Position numbers and translations under genes: made by a program
In this document: positions 1 through 8,173 of the stretch, in pieces
Position numbering within the stretch: the stretch's first letter is position 1
Layout of the letters: the number at the start of each line of letters is the position of its first letter
The notes under the pieces: generated by a model
Databases searched by the model: none
What the model saw: the letters and a program-made list of their open reading frames with translations, nothing else
What the model was told of the DNA's origin: nothing
Source of the DNA: Candidatus Bipolaricaulota bacterium
GTDB taxonomy: Bacteria; Bipolaricaulota; Bipolaricaulia; RBG-16-55-9; DRXL01
Length of the DNA: 24,153 nucleotides
Direction of reading: 5' to 3'
Assembly: GCA_025057405.1 (NCBI GenBank)
Contig: JANWXV010000001.1
Span: 1-24,153, forward strand

Positions 1-636
1 GCGCAAGAGGGCCAGATCGGTATCGTCAATCTCGAATTTGCTCAGCGGCTTCTGCGCACGCAGGGGGTCGAGCGCGTCATCGTTCAGCTTCAAGAGATAG
101 ACCAAGCCGAAGCGTTCGCCCAAGAGCTGCGGGCGAAGCTGGCAGCAAGGGGGATCGCGCTGGACGCGCGCCCGTGGCAGAAGCTCACGACGTTCTACGA
201 TTCGATCCGGGCCTTCTGGGGCGTCTTCGCGGCGTTTACGACGATGGGGGTCTTCGTGCTCGTCCTCTTCAGCGTCTTAGAAGTTTTAACGATGTCGTTC
301 TTGGAGCGCACCCGCGAGGTGGGCACGATCCGGGCCATCGGCACCACCCGCGCTCAGGTCTTTCGGGTCTTCTTGACCGAGGGGCTGATCTTGGGACTGT
401 TGGGAGGAGCGCTGGGAGTAGCAGCGGGAGCGCTCTTGGGGACTTGGATCAACGGGGCCAACGTTCTCTGGCTGCCGCCGGGAGCCATTGATCCCGTGCC
501 CGTGCGAATCGCTGTCAATCTCTCTGTGGGCGTTGTGCCGTTCTTGACAGCGCTGATCTCGACGTTCTTGGGCACGCTCTATCCGGCGTGGAAGACCGCA
601 CGAGCTAATATTGTCGAGGCATTGAGCTACGTCTAA
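1..636 (+). CDS. ABC transporter permease, FtsX/LolE/MacB-like (5' truncated by window edge)
   Basis: Frame 1 is open from base 1 (AQEGQIGIVNLEFAQRLL...) to TAA 634-636. It carries the ERTREVGTIRAIG motif followed by TM helices typical of FtsX/LolE C-termini. Confidence 0.9.
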   Translation, partial: AQEGQIGIVNLEFAQRLLRTQGVERVIVQLQEIDQAEAFAQELRAKLAARGIALDARPWQKLTTFYDSIRAFWGVFAAFTTMGVFVLVLFSVLEVLTMSFLERTREVGTIRAIGTTRAQVFRVFLTEGLILGLLGGALGVAAGALLGTWINGANVLWLPPGAIDPVPVRIAVNLSVGVVPFLTALISTFLGTLYPAWKTARANIVEALSYV

Positions 637-654
637 ACAAAGGAGTGAAAGAGT

Positions 655-1413
655 ATGAAGAGACTTTGGAAGTCGGTCTTAGGCGTTGTCGCGGTGGCGT
701 TTCTGATCGGATTGGCTTCGGTGGGGCAGCAGGCGCCCACGGATGAACAGCTTCTCGAAGCGTTGGACAAAGCGCGCTTTGTCGAGGCCACGTCGTTTAC
801 GATGACGGTCGAAGTCGTGGCTGATAGACCCGATGGCACCAAGCAGGCGGTCGTGCAGCTCTATTTCAAAGAGATCAATAAGAAGCGCTACGCGCGCATC
901 GAGTTCTTAGCTCCCGAAGACCTCAAGGGGCAAGTCTATGTGAGCACTCCTGATGGGGTCTTCTTCTGGCAGCCGGGGCTGGCGACCCCCTTAAAAGTGA
1001 GCGGTCGGCAGCAAGTCTTTGGCGATTCGAGCGTTGCTGAAACCGTAGGCATCCAATTCAAGGGCGACTATAAGATAAGAACCCGAAAAGACGTAACGCT
1101 GCCGGGGAATAGGCCCGCTTGGGAACTCGACCTCGAAGCGACCGACAAGAGTGTAGCGTTTCAGCGGGCGACCGTGACGGCCGAGAGGGCCACGTTGCGC
1201 CCGGTCAGAGCACGACTCTTCGCCCTGAGCGGCGATCCCCTCAACGACGTGAGCTACCAAGAGTACGCTCTTTTAGAGAAAGACGAGTACGTCAAGAAAC
1301 AGCTGATCGAGAATCAGCTCATTAAGACGAACAAGACGCTCTTGACGATCACCAAGATCGAAGCGAAAGATCTCCCGAACGATCTGTTTGACCCCAGCAG
1401 ATTGGGGAAGTGA
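655..1413 (+). CDS. Outer-membrane lipoprotein-sorting (LolA-like) periplasmic protein
   Basis: AAGGAG SD upstream. The protein has an N-terminal signal peptide (MKRLWKSVLGVVAVAFLIGLASVG) and a beta-rich body with EFLAPEDLKG and RQQVFGDSS segments resembling LolA-like sorting proteins that follow LolE-type permeases. Confidence 0.75.
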   Translation: MKRLWKSVLGVVAVAFLIGLASVGQQAPTDEQLLEALDKARFVEATSFTMTVEVVADRPDGTKQAVVQLYFKEINKKRYARIEFLAPEDLKGQVYVSTPDGVFFWQPGLATPLKVSGRQQVFGDSSVAETVGIQFKGDYKIRTRKDVTLPGNRPAWELDLEATDKSVAFQRATVTAERATLRPVRARLFALSGDPLNDVSYQEYALLEKDEYVKKQLIENQLIKTNKTLLTITKIEAKDLPNDLFDPSRLGK

Positions 1414-3011
1414 GCGACGTGCGCGTGCGATGGGCGCTGGGAGCGTTGCTCTTGAGTGTAGCTGCGATGGGCCAGGAGGCCCCATCGCTCGATAGACTTG
1501 TAGAGCTGAAGCGCGAGGCGCTCGCGGTCTTCTCGCAGATACTCACAGAGGGGATCGCTGCGGAGCGCCTCAGCGCCGTGAACAGTTTGGTTCGCAACGG
1601 CGACGACTCGGTTGTTCTGTTGCTCGCGGAGCGTTTGCTTAACGATGAAGCCTCGTTTGTGCGGCGAGGGGCGGCTGTTGGGCTGGGGCGCTTTCGCTCA
1701 CAAGAGGCGCAAAGAGCCTTGCGTCGCGCTGCGCTCTCTGATGAGATCGCCAGCATTCGTTGGGACGCGGCGCTCTCGTTGAAAGATTCTGACGTCATTC
1801 TCGCGCTGCTGAGCCAGCGCGAGACGCTGGCAGCGGCGGCGCTCTCGCTGCAAGAGTCGGCAGCGCGTCTGCCGGGGGCGATCTGGCCCTCGGTGGAAGT
1901 CGCGTTGCTGCGTGCGTTTCCCGATGGCGAGAGCTTTAACGTCGTCGAGCGCGCCGCGATGCTGAAAGCGTTGGCACAGCTTGGCTCGCTCGGCGCTGTA
2001 GATCGTCTCCGTGCGACCCTCGCTGATAGCCAAGAAGACCCGTTTGTGCGCGGCGCCGCGGCGTTTGCGCTGGGAGTGCTGGGCGTGCGCAACGCCGTGC
2101 CGGAGCTGATTTCAGCATTGCGCACAGAGTCTGATTCGATACAAGTCGGAGCAGCGACGGCTTTGGGATATCTGCGCGAGCCAAGCGCCGTTGAGCCGCT
2201 AATCGCGCTTTTACAGACGGGGCGCTCGCCACAGGCGCGCGTGGCCGCGGCCGAAGCCCTCGGGGCCTTTGGCTCGCGAGCTGCTTCGGCTCTCGCGCAA
2301 GCGCTCTTGACCGATCCCGGCCCAACGGTGCGCCAAGCGGCTCTGCGCGGGCTTGCCCAGACCAGAAGCGCCGAGGCGACTCAAGCCGTGTTCGCGTTCT
2401 TACAGAGCGGGTATCTGCAAGGCTGCGATCCGAGCGCGTGCGGGAGCTTAGCGCTGGAGACGCTGCGCGCTCTCGCGACGCTCGGCCAAGCGCAGCTGGC
2501 CCTGCAAGTGGCGCAAGCGACGCTCAACGCCCTGCGCGAGGCGCTTCCGTTTCTCTTTGTCTTCGCCGAACTGGACTTGGTGAGAACCCTAAGCGCGGTG
2601 GGGCGGGTCGCGCCAGAGCTGTTTGACGCGCTGGTGCGCGACCAAAGTCCGTTTGTGCGTGCGCTGGGGGTTGCTGCTTATGCGAGCGTCTATCAAGCCG
2701 AAGCGCGAGCGACGCTTCTTCGATATGTCTCCGACGAGAATACGTTGGTGCGTCGGGCTGCGCTGGAAGGGCTGGCTCCGTGGGCCACCTCGGACGACAC
2801 CGAGCTGTTCGCTCGGTTTGTCACCAACAGCGATCCGCGCACTCGTGTCGCAGCGCTCTCGGCCCTGGCGCGCGCGGGCGATGCGCGGGCGCTCGTGCCG
2901 TTGCGTCAGGCCCTGAACGCTCAAAGCTCTTCGGTCCGTCTAGACGCTGCCGGTGCCGCCTTGGCCTTTGCGATCCGCTGGAGCAAAACCCCTTCGTCCT
3001 CTGTGCCTTAG
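1410..3011 (+). CDS. HEAT/PBS-lyase-like repeat protein with probable signal peptide
   Basis: GTGA overlap with the upstream stop. Multiple repeats such as VRRGAAVGLG, VRGAAAFALG, ARVAAAEALG, VRQAALRGLA, VRRAALEGLA and TRVAALSALA. Hydrophobic N-terminus ending AAMG-Q. Confidence 0.85.
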   Translation: MSDVRVRWALGALLLSVAAMGQEAPSLDRLVELKREALAVFSQILTEGIAAERLSAVNSLVRNGDDSVVLLLAERLLNDEASFVRRGAAVGLGRFRSQEAQRALRRAALSDEIASIRWDAALSLKDSDVILALLSQRETLAAAALSLQESAARLPGAIWPSVEVALLRAFPDGESFNVVERAAMLKALAQLGSLGAVDRLRATLADSQEDPFVRGAAAFALGVLGVRNAVPELISALRTESDSIQVGAATALGYLREPSAVEPLIALLQTGRSPQARVAAAEALGAFGSRAASALAQALLTDPGPTVRQAALRGLAQTRSAEATQAVFAFLQSGYLQGCDPSACGSLALETLRALATLGQAQLALQVAQATLNALREALPFLFVFAELDLVRTLSAVGRVAPELFDALVRDQSPFVRALGVAAYASVYQAEARATLLRYVSDENTLVRRAALEGLAPWATSDDTELFARFVTNSDPRTRVAALSALARAGDARALVPLRQALNAQSSSVRLDAAGAALAFAIRWSKTPSSSVP

Positions 3012-3012
3012 T

Positions 3013-3474
3013 ATGCCCAAGATTTATAAGCTTTCGCGCACCCAAGTCGTGCCCGCGGATCTCGATAGAGTCTGGGAGTTCTTCGCCACGCCGCGCAACT
3101 TGAACGAGCTGACCCCGCCAGAGATGCACTTTGCTATTCTCTCAGGAGCGCAGGAGCCGATGTACACGGGGCAGCTCATCGAGTATCGGATTCGGCTTGT
3201 GCCCGGCGTTGTCGTCTCGTGGCTGACGGAGATCGTTCACGTCGAGCCGAAACGTCGTTTCATTGACGAGCAACGCTTTGGCCCCTATCAATTTTGGTAC
3301 CACGAGCATCGCTTCGAGCCGACCCAAGACGGAACGCGCATCGAAGACCACGTCACGTACGCGTTGCCCCTTGGAATAATCGGCGAGATGATGCACGCGC
3401 TTTGGGTGCGCCCGCGCCTAGAAGCGATCTTTGACTTTCGCGCGCACGCGATAGCCAAGATCTTTCCCGCCTAA
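3013..3474 (+). CDS. SRPBCC (START-like/polyketide cyclase) family protein
   Basis: ATG 3013, 1 nt after the previous stop. [18 protein letters not shown] and [19 protein letters not shown] are typical of this SRPBCC subfamily. The ORF-track start at 2953 is rejected. Confidence 0.85.
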   Translation: MPKIYKLSRTQVVPADLDRVWEFFATPRNLNELTPPEMHFAILSGAQEPMYTGQLIEYRIRLVPGVVVSWLTEIVHVEPKRRFIDEQRFGPYQFWYHEHRFEPTQDGTRIEDHVTYALPLGIIGEMMHALWVRPRLEAIFDFRAHAIAKIFPA

Positions 3475-3914
3475 AGACGAATCGGGGTAGGGTTCTGAAT
3501 CTGATGGGGATGCTCCGGCCCCGGATAGATCTTCAGTTTCTTGAGCATCCGGCGCCCTAGGACAGTCTTAGGGAGCATATTGCGCACGGCTTCTTCTAAC
3601 GGCTTAGCGGGATGGCGCTCGATCATCTCCGAGAACGTCCACGAGCGTAGCCCCCCCGGATAACGCGAATAGTGATAATAGATCTTCTGTTCGGGCTTCT
3701 TCCCCGTCAGTTTGATCTCTTTGGCGTTGATGACCACGACGTAGTCGCCCACGTCTACGTGAGGAGTATAGCTGGGCTTGTGCTTGCCCATGAGAATCTT
3801 AGCGATCTGGGAGGCCAAGCGCCCCAGCGTCTTACCGCGGGCATCTACCACCACCCAGTTGCGCTGAAAGCGCTTATTTAAATCTTCTCTTTTCATCAAG
3901 GTCGTATGCTGCAT
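3471..3914 (-). CDS. rplM: 50S ribosomal protein uL13
   Basis: [40 protein letters not shown] and YPGG motifs. AAGGAG SD. Confidence 0.98.
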   Translation of the reverse strand: MQHTTLMKREDLNKRFQRNWVVVDARGKTLGRLASQIAKILMGKHKPSYTPHVDVGDYVVVINAKEIKLTGKKPEQKIYYHYSRYPGGLRSWTFSEMIERHPAKPLEEAVRNMLPKTVLGRRMLKKLKIYPGPEHPHQIQNPTPIRL

Positions 3915-3983
3915 AAGAGTTCTCCTTCTCTATAATAAATTCTAAAGCAAAGCGACCGGTTGCATGGGCGCTGAGAATATGCT

Positions 3984-4012
3984 ATCATAGCACAACCGGG
4001 AACGTCTTGCAA
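3984..4012 (-). promoter_or_regulatory. sigma70-type promoter for rplM: TTGCAA-N17-TATGAT with extended -10 TG
   Basis: The minus strand reads TTGCAA(4012-4007) gacgttcccggttgtgc TATGAT(3989-3984). The spacer is 17 nt and the context is TGnTATGAT. Confidence 0.7.
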
Positions 4013-4023
4013 AGAAGATGCCC

Positions 4024-4052
4024 TTGACGATGCAGGGACGATGGTTTATAAT
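4024..4052 (+). promoter_or_regulatory. sigma70-type promoter for the rpsL...rplQ array: TTGACG-N17-TATAAT
   Basis: TTGACG at 4024-4029, a 17-nt spacer and a perfect TATAAT at 4047-4052. Predicted TSS is about 4059. Confidence 0.85.
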
Positions 4053-4058
4053 AACCCC

Positions 4059-4194
4059 TGCGTTTAGGGGATCGCTTTAACTCTTCGGCTGACGATCTCT
4101 CGCACAATCCATCTCGCCCGGTTGGGAGGTCTCTTCTAGAGAGACCGGACGCGGCGAGCAATGGAGATCAATCGGAATAAGAGGAGCATAGAGT
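4059..4194 (+). promoter_or_regulatory. Structured 5' leader of rpsL (candidate r-protein autoregulatory leader)
   Basis: Nested complementary segments: TCCAT 4108-12/ATGGA 4161-65, CTCGCC 4113-18/GGCGAG 4153-58 and GGTCTCT 4128-34/AGAGACC 4140-46. SD GAGGAG at 4181-86. Confidence 0.45.
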
Positions 4195-4587
4195 ATGCCG
4201 ACGATCAATCAATTGGTGCGCTACGGGCGCACCCAGATCAAGAAGATCAACCGTCGTTCGCTGGCGCTGGGACACTGCCCACAGAAGCGCGGCGTCTGTG
4301 TGCGCGTCTTCACCAAGACGCCGAAAAAGCCCAACTCGGCGCTGCGCAAAGTGGCCCGCGTCCGTTTGAGCAACAAGCAGATGGTCACGGCTTATATCGG
4401 CGGTGAGGGCCATAATCTCCAAGAGCACTCGATGGTCTTGGTGCGCGGCGGGCGCGTGAAAGACTTGCCCGGCGTCAACTATCACATTGTGCGCGGGGCG
4501 CTCGACTGCGCCGGCGTCGAAGGGCGCAAGCGCGGGCGCTCCAAGTACGGGGTGAAGAGTTCGGCCACGGCCGCGCCCGCAAAATAG
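4195..4587 (+). CDS. rpsL: 30S ribosomal protein uS12
   Basis: [30 protein letters not shown] and RVKDLPGV motifs. Confidence 0.99.
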   Translation: MPTINQLVRYGRTQIKKINRRSLALGHCPQKRGVCVRVFTKTPKKPNSALRKVARVRLSNKQMVTAYIGGEGHNLQEHSMVLVRGGRVKDLPGVNYHIVRGALDCAGVEGRKRGRSKYGVKSSATAAPAK

Positions 4588-4629
4588 TCTTATGAGAGCG
4601 AAAATCTGAACTCAAGGACGGAATCAGCG

Positions 4630-5109
4630 ATGAATCAGCATCCTATGGAACGCGTCATCCCGGGACGGTATCCGACGCCCGATGTCCGTTACAACAGCAG
4701 AATGGTAGAAAAGCTGATTAATTACGTTACAAAAGAGGGCAAGAAGTCTATAGCTCGCAAGATCGTCTATGAAGCGTTGGATATTCTTAAAGAGAAGACG
4801 GGGGAGCAGCCGTTAGAGGTCTTTTACAAAGCTCTGAACAATCTCATGCCCAAGCTGGAGACGCGCTCGCGCCGCGTCGGCGGTTCGTCGTATCAGATCC
4901 CCTATGAGGTCCCCGAGGAGCGCCAGCGTACGTTAGCGCTGCGGTGGCTCGTCGGGGCTGCGCGCAACCGACGCGAACACTCGATGGCGGCACGCTTGGC
5001 TGCCGAGATGCTCGACGCCCTCAAAAACCAGGGCGAGGCCATCAAAAAACGCGAAGAGACCCACCGCATGGCCGAATCCAACCGCGCCTTCGCCCACTAC
5101 CGTTGGTAG
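4630..5109 (+). CDS. rpsG: 30S ribosomal protein uS7 (alternative start ATG 4645)
   Basis: GKKSIARKIVY, SRRVGGSSYQIP and HRMAESNRAFAHYRW motifs. The start codon is ambiguous. Confidence 0.98.
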   Translation: MNQHPMERVIPGRYPTPDVRYNSRMVEKLINYVTKEGKKSIARKIVYEALDILKEKTGEQPLEVFYKALNNLMPKLETRSRRVGGSSYQIPYEVPEERQRTLALRWLVGAARNRREHSMAARLAAEMLDALKNQGEAIKKREETHRMAESNRAFAHYRW

Positions 5110-5121
5110 GTCGATCCCCCT

Positions 5122-7209
5122 ATGAAAGCCCTCGGATACAACCTCGACAAGATTCGCAACATCGGAGTCATCGCCCACATTGACGCGGGCAAGACGACTA
5201 CTACGGAGCGCTTGCTCTTCTACACCGGGCGGATTCACGATATTGGCGACGTGGACGAGGGCGACACCGAGATGGACTGGATGCCCCAGGAGCGCGAGCG
5301 CGGCATCACGATCACGTCTGCCGCGACAACTTGCTTCTGGCGCGACCATCAGATCAATATCATAGACACCCCCGGTCACGTGGACTTCACCGCCGAGGTC
5401 GAGCGCTCGCTCAGAGTCCTCGACGGGGCTGTGACCGTCTTCTCTGGCGTCGATGGCGTCGAGCCGCAATCCGAACAGGTCTGGCGCCAAGCCGATAAAT
5501 ACGGAACTCCCCGCATCGCGTATATCAATAAAATGGACCGAATCGGCGCTAACTTCAAAGCCGCCGTCGAGTCTATGGTGCAGAAGCTGGGGGTGCGCCC
5601 GCTGCCCTTGCAGTTGCCCTACGGCGAAGGCGACCAGTTCGGCGGCGTCCTAGATCTGATTAAACAGAAGCTTATTATCTGGGACCCAAACTCCAAGGGA
5701 GCCAAGTTCGAATATCGAGAGATCCCCAAGGAGTATCTGGACGACGTCCAAGCCTATCGCGAAAAGATTTTAGAGAGCATCTCCGAAGTGGACGAAGAGA
5801 TTTTAACGAAATTTTTAGAAGGGCAGCCGATCTCGGAGGCCGAGATCCATCGCGGCGTGCGCCAGGCTTGTATTCGCCGAGAGTTTGTGCCCGTCGTCTG
5901 TGGCTCCTCGCTCAACAATATCGGCATTCAGCCGCTCTTAGACGCGATTGTGGACTATCTGCCCAGCCCGCTTGACCGCAGCTTCATCGAGGGCTTAGCG
6001 CCCAACGGCACGGGTGAATCTGCGAAGCAGCAGCGCCGCCCCACCCCCGATGAACCCCTCGCGGCGCTCGCCTTTAAAGTCCAGACCGACGAATACACCG
6101 GGCGCTTGGTCTATGTGCGCGTCTATTCTGGAAAGCTAGAGAAAGGCTCGTATGTCTATAACAGCACCACGGGCAAGACCGAGCGCATCGCCCGCATCTT
6201 TCATATGCACGCCAACAAGCGCACCGAAGTAGACGCCGTCACCGCGGGCAACATCGCGGCGGTCGTCGGCCCTAAAGAGTTGGTCACCGGCGACACGATC
6301 TGTGATCCGGAGAACCCGATTGTGCTGGAGAAGATCGAGTTCCCCGAGCCGGTCGTCACCGCTGCGATTGAACCCAAATCCGACGCCGATGAAGATAGAC
6401 TGAGCGAAGCCCTCTACAAACTCACCCAAGAAGACCCGACCTTCCGATATAACGTAGACCCCGAAACGAATCAGATGGTCATCTCCGGCATGGGGGAGCT
6501 GCACTTAGAGATTATCTTTGACCGTCTGAAGCGGGAGTTCCGCGTCGAAGCGAATATGGGCAATCCCCAGGTGGCCTATCGCGAGACGCTGGCCGAGTCG
6601 GTCGAAGTCGAGGAGAAGTTCGTCAAGCAGACGGGCGGGCGCGGGCAATACGCCCATGTCTGTCTGCGCTTTGAGCCGCTGCCGCGCGGTCAGGGCTTTG
6701 AGTTCGTAGATGAGATCAAGGGGGGGATCATCCCCCGGGAGTTTATCCCCGCGGTGCAGAAGGGCATCGAAGAGTCTCTCTCGAGCGGCCCCTTGGGAGG
6801 ATTCCCGATTGTAGATATTCGCGCTACGCTCTTTTACGGGTCGTATCACGCTGTAGATTCCAGCGAGATCGCCTTCAAGACCGCCGCGGCGCGCGCGCTC
6901 ACCCAAGCCTTCGAGAGGGCGAAAACCCATCTGCTCGAACCCATTATGACCGTCGAGGTCGTCACCCCGGAAGAGTACGTCGGGGAGGTCATTACGGATT
7001 TGCAGTCGCGGCGCTCGCAGATTACTTCTATGGAAGTGCGCAACAACGCTCAGATTATCGAAGCCTTAGTGCCGTTGGCCGAGACGTTTGGCTATGCTAC
7101 GCAGTTGCGCTCGATCTCCCAAGGCCGCGCGTCTTATCACATGCAGTTCTCGCACTACGAGATCGTTCCGGCATCGATTAAAGAAGAAGTCCTGAAGGGG
7201 AGAACGTAA
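5122..7209 (+). CDS. fusA: Elongation factor G
   Basis: [22 protein letters not shown] and NKMD GTPase motifs, plus MGELHL and PQVAYRET. 695 aa. Confidence 0.99.
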   Translation: MKALGYNLDKIRNIGVIAHIDAGKTTTTERLLFYTGRIHDIGDVDEGDTEMDWMPQERERGITITSAATTCFWRDHQINIIDTPGHVDFTAEVERSLRVLDGAVTVFSGVDGVEPQSEQVWRQADKYGTPRIAYINKMDRIGANFKAAVESMVQKLGVRPLPLQLPYGEGDQFGGVLDLIKQKLIIWDPNSKGAKFEYREIPKEYLDDVQAYREKILESISEVDEEILTKFLEGQPISEAEIHRGVRQACIRREFVPVVCGSSLNNIGIQPLLDAIVDYLPSPLDRSFIEGLAPNGTGESAKQQRRPTPDEPLAALAFKVQTDEYTGRLVYVRVYSGKLEKGSYVYNSTTGKTERIARIFHMHANKRTEVDAVTAGNIAAVVGPKELVTGDTICDPENPIVLEKIEFPEPVVTAAIEPKSDADEDRLSEALYKLTQEDPTFRYNVDPETNQMVISGMGELHLEIIFDRLKREFRVEANMGNPQVAYRETLAESVEVEEKFVKQTGGRGQYAHVCLRFEPLPRGQGFEFVDEIKGGIIPREFIPAVQKGIEESLSSGPLGGFPIVDIRATLFYGSYHAVDSSEIAFKTAAARALTQAFERAKTHLLEPIMTVEVVTPEEYVGEVITDLQSRRSQITSMEVRNNAQIIEALVPLAETFGYATQLRSISQGRASYHMQFSHYEIVPASIKEEVLKGRT

Positions 7210-7210
7210 G

Positions 7211-7519
7211 ATGGCACGAGAGAAGATTCGCATACGATTAAGAGGCTACGATCACGAGCTGGTGGACGATGCGACCCGTAAGATCGTCAAGACCGCCCAA
7301 GAGACACGAGCGAAAGTGATCGGGCCGATCCCGTTGCCCACGGAGATCCATCGCTACACGGTGTTGCGGTCTCCGCACGTCAACAAGAAATCAATGGAGC
7401 ACTTTGAGCGCCGGGTTCATAAGCGCTTGATTGACATCAAAGAGCCGACATCGGAGACGATCAACGCGCTGATGGATATTCAGTTGCCCGCGGGCATTGA
7501 CATCGAGGTGAAGCTGTGA
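7211..7519 (+). CDS. rpsJ: 30S ribosomal protein uS10
   Basis: [18 protein letters not shown] and [14 protein letters not shown] motifs. Confidence 0.99.
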   Translation: MAREKIRIRLRGYDHELVDDATRKIVKTAQETRAKVIGPIPLPTEIHRYTVLRSPHVNKKSMEHFERRVHKRLIDIKEPTSETINALMDIQLPAGIDIEVKL

Positions 7520-8166
7520 TGGCTCTGGGGATTTTGGGCAAGAAGCTGGGCATGATGACCTGGTTCGATGCGCAAGGGCGCGCTCTAGCAGCCACGGTCG
7601 TGCACGCCGCGCCGTCGGTCATTACCCAAGTCAAGACCCCGGAGACCGACGGGTATAGCGCCATTCAGATAGGCTACGATACGATAAAAGAGAAGAACAT
7701 CACCAAGCCCCTGAAAGGGCACTTTAACAAAGCCGGCGTCCCCCCCAAGCGCATTCTGCGCGAGTTTCGCTTGACGGAGCAAGACGTTCAAGCGTTCAAA
7801 GTGGGGCAAGAGCTGAACCTGACGATCTTCCAAGAGGGGGAACAAGTTGACGTCAGTGGGATTTCCAAGGGCAAGGGGTTTGCCGGCGTGATGAAGCGTC
7901 ACGATTTCAAAGGCGGCCCCGACTCGCACGGCATGAGCGGCTGGCATCGGCGCCCCGGAACCATTGGGAGCATCCGCGCGACGGGGCGGACGTTCAAGGG
8001 CTGGCGCATGGCCGGGCATATGGGGCATGAACGGGTCACGGTGAAAAACTTAGTGATTCTGAAGATAGACCCGGAGAAGAACTTATTAGTCTTGCGCGGC
8101 GCGATCCCCGGCCCCCGTAAAGGGGTCGTGGAGATCCGCAAGCGCCCAGCGACTAAGAACGGGTGA
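7519..8166 (+). CDS. rplC: 50S ribosomal protein uL3
   Basis: TGATG overlap with the rpsJ stop and SD GAGGTG. GILGKKLGM, DGYSAIQIG and SKGKGFAGVMKRH motifs. Confidence 0.99.
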   Translation: MALGILGKKLGMMTWFDAQGRALAATVVHAAPSVITQVKTPETDGYSAIQIGYDTIKEKNITKPLKGHFNKAGVPPKRILREFRLTEQDVQAFKVGQELNLTIFQEGEQVDVSGISKGKGFAGVMKRHDFKGGPDSHGMSGWHRRPGTIGSIRATGRTFKGWRMAGHMGHERVTVKNLVILKIDPEKNLLVLRGAIPGPRKGVVEIRKRPATKNG

Positions 8167-8173
8167 AGCGACG

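Noticed and set aside
3908-3936. Extra TATAAT at 3931-3936 on the + strand
   Set aside because: There is no credible -35 at 16-18 nt (GCTGCA), and it sits in the AT-rich rplM translation-initiation region. The promoter at 4024-4052 is far better.
4161-4406. 81-aa ORF starting in the rpsL leader
   Set aside because: It has no SD, its ATG is buried in a predicted stem, it overlaps rpsL out of frame, and it has no recognisable motif.
4585-4632. rpsL and rpsG are in the same frame separated by a single TAG (possible read-through fusion)
   Set aside because: A one-in-three frame coincidence over 14 codons. The linker is not protein-like and I see no read-through signal.
4066-5121. 8-nt complementarity between the leader (GGGGATCG 4067-74) and the fusA start region (CGATCCCC 5112-19)
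   Set aside because: The match is too short and too distant, and is expected by chance in GC-rich DNA.
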